From the NCBI RefSeq assembly GCF_018977255.1, contig NW_024704742.1:30072001-30136000 (forward strand): DNA of 64,000 nt, written 5' to 3'. This stretch comes from Callorhinchus milii (Eukaryota). Made by a program: the position numbers and the translations under genes. Within the stretch, counting starts at the first letter, position 1. The number at the start of each line of letters is the position of its first letter. This document shows, piece by piece, positions 1 to 11,315 of the stretch. The notes under the pieces are model-generated. The model ran no database searches and was not told the origin of the DNA. It worked only from the letters and a program-made list of their open reading frames with translations.

Positions 1-231
1 GGAACTCCATCCCACGGTCCCTTCGCCTCGCTTCCTCCCTTGCCTCCTTCAAGGCCGGTCTCAAGACCCTCCTCTTCGATCGTGCCTTCAGTCGCCCTCC
101 CACCTCTCTGCCTTCCCTCACCCCCACACCACCCCTCCTCCATGCTCGGGCCCTGACACCTGACTGTTCAGCGCTTTGGGATGTCTTCCCGAAGTGAAAG
201 GCGCTCTATAAATGTAATTTTTTTGTTGTTG
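1..231 (+). mobile_element. L2 LINE 3' end fragment
   Basis: Closely similar to 6130-6350; ends ...aaaggcgctctataaatgtaa(ttg)n. Confidence 0.85.
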
Positions 232-2799
232 TCTTTGAAATCCGAGTATCTTGAACTCTCTGCCTCAATCCCTTTACCTTTCTCCCTCCTTGTCCATCTT
301 CAGATGCACCTGAAGTCCTTCCTCTTCGACCATGCCTCCGGTCACATCCAACTCTCCCAGGCTCGATGTCAAGCTCCACCACTGTTAAGCGATCTGAAGC
401 CTTGCTCCCATCTGTACGGTGCTCTAGAAATGTAAATTGTTTTCTTTTAGGAATCTCACGCATTGATATTTGCAAACCAGAACTCACCCAAACCAACAGT
501 TCCTGACCACAAGGATTGTTGATTGGACCCCCAAGGCCAATTACACTATATAGCAAGAGATACTCATGTATTAAAACACATCATCCTCAACTCATTCAAA
601 GCAACAACAATTTAAATTTATTTATCACCTTCCAATTCGGGGAGACATCTCAACGCACTTAATACAGTGACTGGGAGCCTGAGCTATGTCGGTGTGGTGG
701 TGGTGGGGGGGTGTCACTGAGGAGGAGGGAGGGGAGGAGATTGTGGTAGACAGTGCAGTGGAAAGTAGATCTCAGGGGGACTCCAAAGAAGGGTAAAGAG
801 TTCCAGAGATATTTGATCTTGTTCTCCCACCATTCTCCCAGAGAGTAAACAAGCTGAAAAATCCATTTATATTAAAACTTCAGCTGTAACTGGAGGTGAA
901 TTGATTAGATAGGCCACTGTCACAGGCTGATTGCCTCTCTTTTATGTCACTTCATCCAGCCTTCATTGGCATTATATATGAAGTCTGTGTCTTGTCTAGC
1001 ATTCAAGATCAGTGTGCAAACAGTCCTCCTTTATGGATCCGAGCTCCTGCGGATACAGCAGAGAGGCTTCCTCTGACCCATTTGCAAAGTCCAGGATCAA
1101 GCAGTGAGGTGGATTTGTGGCGAACTTGGGAAGTGACTACAAGGGAGGGAGGGCTCCAGCCTACACTGACTTGTCGCTAAGCAAACTTGGAGGCGGAGGT
1201 GGCTTCATTACATCTAATACTTTTCGGAATTAGGCAATCAAGATATGTCCCTCCAGGGAGAGAGTGCCCATTCCATTCCAACAATCTACCTCTGGGATTT
1301 CCACGTGCAGGTGGGATGTGTAGAAATCTCAGCTTGGTTGGGATACTCTTAAGCCTGGTGGTGGGTTTCCACGCGTGTCAAGACAACCAGGTGACCACAA
1401 AAAAAAGCATATTTATAGAAACATCCTTGGAACTGTATCTGGGGCTTTGATAGTGTGTGTGAGTGACGAATGATTCGTAACACAGGAAATTAAATCAATG
1501 CAAATCTAAACCTAGGTTTTTGAATTCTGAGCAAATCTGTATGATATGCATAACTCGCTCCCATTACACAGTTATAATTCCCGTCTCTCCTTGTCCTGCT
1601 ATTTGTCAGCTCGTTAAGACCTTTTTTCTCAAACTGATTAACAACACAGAGATCACACATGTGCTATTTTTGAAAGGAAAAAGAAAAATTCAACCTAGAA
1701 GAGGCATCTGTTGCCAGGAAACCAGCAACGTATGTCAAAAACTGTTGAGAATTCACAAGAGCAGAGACCAGCTGGCCTAAACAGCCATTGTCCTCATCTA
1801 ATAGAGTACATTTTGCACGTGGATTTTGTTAATTGCTCCATCCTGTTAGTATCAATAGTCTGCCTGTAAGTGTATGTTGGGGGTGGGGGAGGGGAGTGTA
1901 AATTAGACATCTCTAATGGATGAAATGCCAGCTTCCCACTCCATACTAGGAAATCAACCTGAGTGTCTGTGCAGAGTACCACAGGCTGAAGCATCTCATT
2001 CACGCAAAAGAGGGAAACAGAGTAGATACATTTTGCAGCATTTTGCCTATTAAATCTATATGAATAGCATCAAGCATCATCTTTATAATTGTTCAACCTT
2101 TGAATTATAAGGCTGTGTTTTTTTTTAAAATAGCCTCTCCTCACACAAACACATACACACACACGACACAATTTTTTCAGGGTTTTAGTTTTTTGTCGTA
2201 TGTCTCCTGCAACGTGTTTGCGATCGTGGTTTATGTACATTTGGGAGTTGATGGTGAGAGGTGAGAAGGGTACATTGCAGCTATTTGGCTACATGTTTGT
2301 ACATCTTTTTTTGTGCACTATTTGCAGAAAAACACTGCTGTGAAAAATGTCACACGAACTTCCAGAAGAGGAAAGAAAGGAGCACATGGCGTAAGGGACT
2401 GTCCCAGTACAGAGAGGAGCATCAAAACAAAATGACCTGCTCTGGGTTGGGTTGGGTTCAGTTTGGCTGGTTGCTGGCTTGGGCTGGATTTCATAAGGCT
2501 GTACTGGGTTTCTCCCCCACCCACCCACAACTGCACCCCACCTCACATTCCTCCACCCTGCTAACCTGCAATCTCCAGTCTATTTACCATTTTGCTAAAA
2601 CTTTGGCAGTTTGCAACAAAAACACACTGCTTTCAAAGCGTTCATTGGTTATTCATTGAAGTTTAATTGGCAGCATATTAATTTGATTACACCTACACAG
2701 CAGTTTGCTGCAGTCAGTCTGCAGCTATGTGAGAGCAGAGTGCCCAGAGCGGGTTTACAATTCACTGCACACGATTCGGCTGTTTTGCCGCGGGCGACA

Positions 2800-3165
2800 C
2801 AGGCAGCCACGCTCGGTGCATTTATTTGCATTAGGCTCACATTTCCAAATCTGCCATTTGCTCTTCGTATGTTGTTTACACCACCAGTAACACTCAGTGA
2901 AGGTGAACGCTCATTCTCAAAGAAGAGTCTCATCAAACACTCACTCAGATCTCCAATGATTCAGAATGGATTGAATGCACTCGCACAATCCTGTCCATTG
3001 AGCACGATTTGACACGCACACTTCTTGATCATGTAGTAGCAACTGTGAATTCATGGTAAAAAGCATTTTAAAAAGGTGTTTAAGCATATTTTGCATGCAT
3101 AGTTCAAAGGGCTCCCAAATCTGATCTGTTTTAGCCCCATGTCCCGATCCTCTAATCTGGCCCTG
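2800..3165 (+). mobile_element. hAT DNA transposon relic (C-terminal dimerization domain plus 3' terminus)
   Basis: FPNLPFALRMLFTPPVTLSEGERSFSKKSLIKHSLRSPM matches the hATC motif (FPNL..L.....PVT...ERSFS.L..IK..LRS.M); ends aatctggccctg, a Tip100-type TIR. Confidence 0.8.
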
Positions 3166-3528
3166 TTTATACTGCTGCATTTTGAATGTTGAGAAGGGCT
3201 TAATGGGACTTAGTACCTGCAAAGCACTTTAGCAGCGTCACTTCTGTGTTCACGCCAATTTTATTCTGTTCACACAGTTCAAATTCTACAAAACTCAACT
3301 AAGCTCCACCTCACCTCCTTCTCTTCCTGAAGCTAATTATCTGCTAGAACTTCTTAGATGCTCTTCGCCTAAAGACTTTAGTGGCGCAAAAATTCTAGTA
3401 CGAGTGGCGCTGCCAGGCCACCAGTTGGCTATGACAAGGACAAGGATTAGCTACTCATTTCAGCCATCTCAAATGTCAGAGAGCCAACCAACCTGTGTGT
3501 GGAGCGTTGAGTTATGTCAACTTTGATC

Positions 3529-3548
3529 TGGACCACTAGGTGGTGCGC
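3529..3548 (+). promoter_or_regulatory. CTCF-like motif
   Basis: tggaccactaggtggtgcgc; one mismatch to CCASYAGRKGGCRS core. Confidence 0.45.
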
Positions 3549-5244
3549 GACATCAGTTTATGGAAAGACTCAATTCAGGGGTGTGACGATTGCAAGGATA
3601 CTGTATTGTAAACGTGGGGAGGAACATCAGGCTGCAGCGGTGTGTGCGTGTGCGGTAACTACAATAAAATAATACCTGCCACAAAATACATTCCTTGTGA
3701 AATTTACATTAAAAAAAGACTTACGTAATTATGTATCTCCCAGCAGCTTGGGACGTGAAAGGTGTGATAAAAATGTCATGCGTCGTTCTTGTGCAGACTG
3801 ACTTTTCTTTATTTCTTCCCTTGGTGTCTTACCCATTCCCCCTGCCCCACGGATATGTGTATCTGGGTGGGGTGGGATTAGGAGTGCATGTGTATGTGTG
3901 TGTGGGGTGGGGGAAGGATAGAATAGCACAAGACCTTCTTCCTGATGCAGGATATTCCTGATGACGTTTTTCTCTTTCTCCTCCTGCAGGGAGATGCGGG
4001 AGATGTCTGCTTCTGTCAGCATATCCCCGCCTCACAATAGTGCATCTGAGAGGTTGGTATTTCCAAATCTGTTTGTTTTTAGGTCAACCTGAGGTCTGAC
4101 ACATGCGGAAACCCATCGCCATGCTTAATGGCCAGCCTTTCCAAGTCCTGCCAATGAGCCAGTGCAACAGCAGAAACCTGGCATACTGTGGACCCTCCTG
4201 GCTCAGGAACCGGACTACCAAGACCAACATAGAGGACTGGCTCGATTCCGATATTCCGCTTCCCTTACTCCCTCCCAAGGGGATAGTTAATTGTTTGTTA
4301 CCTGACAAGCGCAGGTTTGAGCCCTCTATGGTGGATGGTAGGTACGAGAGACTGTGATGCTTAACTGTGCCCCTGCACCCATTTTCTACAGTTCTTAAAA
4401 GAAGAAACCGGCTTCCAAATGAAGGTAGAATTTAAGAATTTTCCAGTTCTGGACAATCTTAAATTTTAAGATGGAATATTAAAATAAAGCCAGAAGTTAG
4501 CCTTAATTTTGAAAGATTCAGTTCAGAAGCTGATTTTCCACAATTCTTTTCAAAACTGTCTCCCAAACTAAGGTTGTATAGCCTTTGTAAACTCAACATT
4601 TGATCTTAATTTTTAAGACAACAGTTTTAAGGCTAAGGCCGTGTGAACTTTGAGATATCTGGTTTTCTGCCACTTTGCTTTCCACTTCAGTAACAATTTC
4701 AAGCAGGAGCTGACCATTAGTCCATCTGTAGTCTATCCATCCAAATGCCCATGAGATTCCCTTGATGTTCCTATCTCCAAATATAATAATCCTGAATCCG
4801 TTTTAGATGTATGGAACTTGCCAAGTTCCTTTTTTGAAACCCATTACAGACCCACCTGTGTTGCTTGTCTTCCAAAAGCCAGTCACCCTTTTGTCTTTAT
4901 TTCAAAGTTATGAGCCCTTGTTCTTCAGTTTGTATCAGCTTGAAACAACATTGGTTTAAATTGTTGGCCGCAGACTAGAATGAAGATAAAGCATTCTCAT
5001 TACGAGTGCTATCTAAAGCTTTTGTAAATTCAAAACTACTTTAATCACTGCAGCTCAGAGATATCACAGGATGTGATACAGCTGCTACTTCCCGACTCTT
5101 CCGAGCACTTGAAAATGTGTTAATTTTGAGGTATGTGGTTTAACAGGTCTCAAAATACTTGCCAGCATGGTTTGGTACTTTAGTCCACATACTACAACAC
5201 ATTTTCTTCAAAGGAAAGAAAAACAAATCTCATTTCTCACTCTC

Positions 5245-6362
5245 TAACTTCGTCTCAGCAACCGGTTTCTCCTCCAGTCCCCGCACCGTCGTGTGGTGTT
5301 CCTCAGGGCTCTGTCCTCGGTCCCTTCCTCTTCACCCTCTACATGCTCCCCCTTGGTGACATCATTCGCAGACATGGGATAAATTTCCACATGTATGCGG
5401 ATGACACCTAACTTTCTCTCTCTGCCTCCACCCTCAACTCCAGGACTACTGGCATCCTGACCGACTGTCTGTCCGACATCAAGTCCTGGACGAGGGACAA
5501 CTTTCTCCAACTCAACGTCAGCAAGACCGAGGCCCTCCTGATTGGCTCGCGCCAGCACCTCTGCACCTCGGGCACCGGCAGCATCAGCCTCCACGCTTGC
5601 ACACTCAACCTCACGAAGCCCTGTCAGGAACCTGAGTATCTTGTTTGACCCTGAACTGTCCTTTCTCCCCCACATCCGGGCCATGACCGGCACTGCCTAC
5701 CACCATCTCCGCAACATTGCCAGACTCCACCACTGCCTCACCCCTCAGGCTGCCAAACCCTCACCCACGCATTCGTCACATCAAGGCTCGATTATGGAAA
5801 CTCCCTCCTCATCGGCCTTCCCAACTCTTCCCTTCACAAGCTTCAGATCATCCAAACTCTACAGCTCGTGTACTCTCGCGCACCAGGCTCCGTGACCCCA
5901 TCATTCCCACCCTCACCCGACTCCACTGGTTCCCCATCCATAGAGGATCAAATTCAATATGCTCGTCCTCACTTTCAAAGCCATCCATGGCCTTGCCCCC
6001 TCCTACCTCTCTAACCTGCTGACTCCCTACCAACCTGCCCACTTCCTCTGTTCAGCGGGCTCTGGCCTGCTCCATGTCTCCCGCCCGACCAGCCTTACCA
6101 TCGGTTCAGCCTCTCTACCCCCACACTATGGAACTCCATCCTACAGTCCCTTCACCTCGCTTCCTACCTTGCCTCCTTCAAGGCCGGTTTCAAGACCCTC
6201 CTCTTTGATCGTGCCTTCAGTCGCCCTCCCACCTCTCTGCCTTCCCGCACCCCTACCCTCCCCCATGCTCGGGTCCTGAACCCTAACTGTCCAACGCCTT
6301 GGGACGTCCTCCCGACGTGAAAGGCGCTCTATAAATGTAGTTTTGTTGTTTGTTGTTATTTA
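5245..6362 (+). mobile_element. L2 LINE, 5'-truncated, degenerate reverse transcriptase plus 3' tail
   Basis: [38 protein letters not shown] (YADD), then RNL.ILFD..LSF, RLDY.N, LHW motifs with frameshifts; L2 tail with (ttg)n. Confidence 0.92.
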
Positions 6363-7649
6363 TTCACTCATGTCCTCTGCACTATGCACTCCATTATCGC
6401 TCCCTCCCTTCCCTCTTTCAAGGCGTGTCTCAAGATATGCCTCTTTGATCACGCTTTTGGTAATCATTCCCTTCTCAATCTCCACCTCGGCTCCAACCTC
6501 CAGCTTGAGTGTCCAGTCAGCACTGTGAATGCATTTTGGGATGTCCTGCAGATGTAAAAGACGTTATATCATTTGTTTTATTATATAATGATAAACAATA
6601 GGAACGGGCCATTCAGCCAAACTAGTTTGTGCTGCCATTTATACTGCACACAAGCCCCTACCCCTTCTATTCCCCATCCAATACCCCTCTATTCCCTTTT
6701 TGTTAAAAAAACAGCTTTCAAATTAAGACTGATTTTTTAAAAAAAAGTCCAGCACAATCTAAATTTTAAATCAATGATCCTAGGGCTAAGACCATAGAAA
6801 ATGTAGAGCTATTGAAGTTTAATGTGTATAGAATAATGAAATAATTCATTTGGTTAATTTCTGCATGAATTGGAACACATCATTTCATGAAATTTGTACA
6901 ACCCTTCTGGCATTATATAATATAGCAATGAAGCCCCAATACTGGAGCAAAGCCCAGAAATTGCAATGGTTGGAGAACAGAATATTGTACATGCACTGAA
7001 TCTCTGCCTGTGCATCTCTGGCATTATTTCACCAAGCCTAATATCATTGGAAATCATTACCTCACCTCCCACAGGGATGCTAACAGACGGAACTCTATGT
7101 ACTCAATTTTTGTTCAGTGTTTTGAGTGAAAACATAAAACCAAACATTGTTTGATGTGCGCTGTCCTGATCCCATATTCCTACAAGGGAGTCATTTATTT
7201 CACAGATTAGCCGTCAGACATTGTTTGGCTAATATTAGCAATTACTGCTCAAAACACATTACAAGAGGGTTCTGTAAGGAGCTGGTGTGTTTCTGTGAGT
7301 TCAGCATTCAGCACACAATCCCCTGTTGTTCAAACCTGTTTGAGCATGAAATCAATAGAATACGCAGTAGCATCAGCTGAGAAACAGCCTAACTTGATGG
7401 AAAATGTGATTGTAACACTATTTCCTGCCGTTTTACACACAAACACATTATTTACTATATTTCTGACGAACAGTTCTACGCCCTTCATTGGATTCTGTAA
7501 GCAGCATGGAGAACAGATAATGTTTGCGGCAACTTGGCTCAGTTGGTCTAGCATCACACAATATTTATCCATAATAATAATCCTTGCACGGTAGGGTGGG
7601 TACTCTGGAAGGAAGAGATTGCATGAGGAGAAAGGCCTTTTTCCTTCAA

Positions 7650-8035
7650 AATAATCTTGTGATTTGATATAGCACCTATTCACGCTGTTGAGATGTCTCA
7701 AAGAGCTTCACAGGATTTTACTGTGAAATGCAATGAGTGATTTGTGTATTTGTAGGTGAAGAAGGCTGTCAATTTACACACAGATATGTCCCACAAACAG
7801 CTGGGTAGGACACCAAGAAAATCACCAGAACTTGCTTCTCTTTTTGATCTGTAATGTCCACCTGAACAGACAGGAACTCGGTTTAATGTCTCAGTGAAAG
7901 GATGGCTCCTCCAACAACGTAGAACTCCCTCAGCATTGCAGTATCAGGCAGGACTGTGAGTTCAGAGTCCTGATGTGGGGCTTGAACCCCCTTCTGACTC
8001 AAGAGACGAGCATACTAGAGACTGAGCCCGGCTGC
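7650..8035 (-). mobile_element. Deu-domain SINE (SacSINE1/AmnSINE-like), tRNA head, L2-like tail
   Basis: Deu core tccacctgaacag..ctcggtttaatgtctca..gaaggatggc.cctcc; head ggggcttgaaccc..tctgactca; tail gatttgatatagcacc. Confidence 0.75.
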
Positions 8036-8189
8036 CAACTAAAGAGCCAGTTGGAGAAAGAAATCAAATTTCAAAGATGAACTGAAACTCCTTTGCCTCG
8101 AGTCAAAAACAGTGAACCTGTATTTGTCCACTGGGACCAGCACAGGCAAAGTCATCCTTTGCTTGCACGGCCTCTACACTTGACCTTCA

Positions 8190-8390
8190 GAAAGAAGGCT
8201 CTCGAACATGATCAGGAGCCGTGACTGATTTTCTCCTTCCCACTCAGAATTCTGAGACCAATCATAGCGTCCCTCTCCCAACCCCAATGCTTCGAGTTTA
8301 AAAAATTAATTCAGCACAAACTTGGTGTCAAATTTACAATGTCCCTATGTATCCAGCTCCGCTGCTCAATGGCCAAGACAGGCTTGTTTG
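8190..8390 (-). mobile_element. LF-SINE-like ancient SINE fragment
   Basis: Reverse complement gggacgctatgattggtctcag...gggaaggagaaaatcagtcacggctcctgatc resembles the LF-SINE consensus as recalled; not verified by search. Confidence 0.45.
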
Positions 8391-10058
8391 AATTTTTCTG
8401 GCATGAGTGTGCAAAGTAATAATCTGATTTTGAGCTTTAAGATGACACTTCTGAATCTCCAGTTTGGTTACTGGCTTGGAATCACTCCAGCTCTCTGCTA
8501 TTCTGTATAATTCAGTTGATAATGTCAATAGTGATTTATTATTAGCCAATATGAGTTTAAATCATCTCTTTGTGCTATGATCTTTCATGTCCTGATCATA
8601 CAAAACCTTAACTCTGCAAATACTTTACACTAAAGGCCAAAAGTTAGACTTGCTACATTAGGTTTTACAGAAAGGGTCCAGTGATGCAGGCTCTGGTCAC
8701 GTCAGCACTGGTTTGCTTTGAATTGAACTGACGATTGGATTTCTTTTTTCAGCATTTCATGTGAATGTAGATTACTCAGCTTTCACATTAGTTCAACAAC
8801 AGGAATGCAGCATGTAATAAGACAGCATAATGTTACCCAGTAGAACAACATTATTGATTGCTTGGAATATCAACACCATGGTGGTAGGACAGTACCATAT
8901 ATCAAATCCAAGGATTTGTAGTTCTAGGCTGAAAGAGCTGCTATATTAGAACTCTCTCTCTCTCTCTGCCCCCTCCCCCTCCACTAAGACACAAAAAGAA
9001 ACACAAGTAATAATTAATTTTAATATTGGGGAACAAGGTCATTAACTGGACATTGAATACTGTTTTAACAGGCCAAGAAAATTCAAAACAGTTCCAAGCT
9101 ACACAGTATTTGAGTATATTTGCCAAATTTTCATTTCCAGTGTAGCTTAAAATTGTCTGATAATAATCCTTGTATTTGGTACAGCTCCTTAACACGTCGA
9201 GACATTTCAAAGTGCTTCACAGATTATACTGCAAAGTAAATTGATTGTACATTTTGTGGGCAAAACAATAACATTAAGAAATACTTTGAAAGGAAAGTGG
9301 AAAAAGGACCATGAAATCCAACCCCAGGATAGTTCCCCCATTCTACCTCTTATCCCAAACTCTTAACTGCAATTCTTTTCTTTTACTGACCACCCAGGAA
9401 CTCTGTTCCACCCTCCCCTCCGCGAGATAAAATAACATAAAAGGCCAATTTGGGGGGGGGGGGGGGTTAATCAATGGAAATTTCTTACCCAATTCCTGAA
9501 TTCTACAAATCTGGCACAATTCCAAAATCCATCAGTTTTATGTAAACAAATCCAATAGGGTCACATCACCAACTTTATCAAACATCATCCTGTTGGAACT
9601 CGTACAGCATTAAGAATTTTATCATCAGTTTTACCTCGAGCAGATCTGTTGTGTAACTGAGGCAGACTAAATTACGATGGCACCACAGAAGCAGTATTGC
9701 TCCTGCGCTCAGGTTTGTTATTTGAGATTAATTTTTCTGGAAAACAGGAAGTGCAAGATTGTACTGTGAATCTGAAGTCATGTTAGCTACAGGAAAAAAA
9801 CGTTTCGGAAAACTCTGTAAGAAAGTCTTCCAATGGCTAATTCCAATTGTATTTAGAAACTGAACTACAAGATTTCCAATCTATAAATTCTGGTTTTAAA
9901 AACAAAACCATATATGATTCTATTTCTGGCTTTAGGCATTAATTCTTCCATTCAAAAAAGTTGTATTAAGTAAAAAGACAAGTCCACTAAGTGTCTAAAA
10001 TGAAAGAAATGACACATTAACCAGTCTGTCAACACAAGTTTGTATATGGGGAATGAAT

Positions 10059-10064
10059 TTTATT
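10059..10064 (-). terminator. Candidate AATAAA polyadenylation signal of TBC1D9
   Basis: AATAAA on minus strand ~555 nt after the stop, followed by GU/U-rich sequence (tgtgttgac...tgtgtcatttctttcatttt). Another AATAAA lies at 8535-8540. Confidence 0.55.
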
Positions 10065-10619
10065 CTATACACCATTTTTTTCATCTTAAGGGTAACAGCA
10101 ACATCCCTAAGAATCTTTAAAAAAGGAAAAGAAACCAATTCAAAACAGCAGCTTCAGTTTGGAAACAAAAGTTAGAAGTTGCATTGGTTCTGCATCTAGT
10201 ATAAAAATGAAATTTCCAGGAATGGTTTCAGTAAGAGAGACATTGGTCAATATATAAATAAAGTCAAAGTCGTCACAGTAAATCACTGGCCACAAATGAT
10301 TAATAACAAAAGAGACATAGTTGAACTGGTTTACAAAGAAACAGAATCAAAGTGCAGGTGCTCCAGGTTTCTATAGAGTAATAGTCTTAATTAAATTGAT
10401 ATGCTCAGTAATATGCAACAGGGGGCACATTAGGTGGAAAATATTCACCCATTTTAAATGTTGCTTATAATTTACAGTACTAAGAGATACGTTACAGGAG
10501 ACAGTTTTCTGAAACTAATGTACACAAATAGTTTACTAAACATTATATTGGCCTATATGATGTCAAGAGTTATAGGACTTCAGTTCACACAATCTACTGA
10601 CTGTACAGCAACACCCTCT

Positions 10620-11315
10620 TCATCCTGAGATTGTGGAGATCTCGTAGTCACTTGCCGAGATGATCGGTTTTCCCATCATTCTGATATTCTTAGCATTTGT
10701 AATTACAGCCATCATTACAGAAGGTTTCTCAAAGTGTCTGACCAGTGCTGTCTCTGTTAGAACGGAAGCCAAACACTGCTCAAAGGTGATAGCCCAGGCT
10801 TTGTCAATGCTACCACTCTTTGGAAGAGGGGTCTCATGGTTATTGCACACCAGCACTGTGTCCTCTGTGATATCCTCACACTGTAATTTATCATCCTCAC
10901 TAGATTCAGCACTCAGCACTGAGTATGAGGACATTGAAGTATCATCTTTAGTCTCATCATCTGAAATCAGCATCACTGAAGCTACTCCATTGTCTTTTGG
11001 TGAACTGTCATCCAATTTAATATCATGCATCTCACTGCAAGCCTTCTTTCCACCATCCACTTCACTTAGGATGGGACAGAAGGAATCACCCTGTCCACAA
11101 TGTAATGACTCATTCTCCTTTTTCTGGTACATTTTCCTTTTAATCTCATGACTGCTTCCTGGTTCTTGGGATGATTGACAGATGAACTGTTTTCCCACTT
11201 CCCCAATCTCCAGCAGTAAACTAGTTACAGCTGCAGTCGCATGATACAGTTCTTGTTCATTTGCATCTTCACTGAACATGTTGTACAGTGTCCGACATAG
11301 TTCAATGAACTGTTC
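10620..11315 (-). CDS. TBC1D9: TBC1D9 terminal coding exon 21
   Basis: [17 protein letters not shown]...WAITFEQ...[10 protein letters not shown]; gcacag| acceptor; ORF 10620..11345. Confidence 0.95.
   Translation of the reverse strand, partial: EQFIELCRTLYNMFSEDANEQELYHATAAVTSLLLEIGEVGKQFICQSSQEPGSSHEIKRKMYQKKENESLHCGQGDSFCPILSEVDGGKKACSEMHDIKLDDSSPKDNGVASVMLISDDETKDDTSMSSYSVLSAESSEDDKLQCEDITEDTVLVCNNHETPLPKSGSIDKAWAITFEQCLASVLTETALVRHFEKPSVMMAVITNAKNIRMMGKPIISASDYEISTISG

Noticed and set aside
790..833. Minus-strand ATGGTGGGA (MVG...) as possible UCP1 start
   Set aside because: Continues MVGEQDQISLEL with no UCP similarity and runs into an L2 tail
10660..11151. 163-aa + strand ORF
   Set aside because: Antisense shadow of TBC1D9 exon 21
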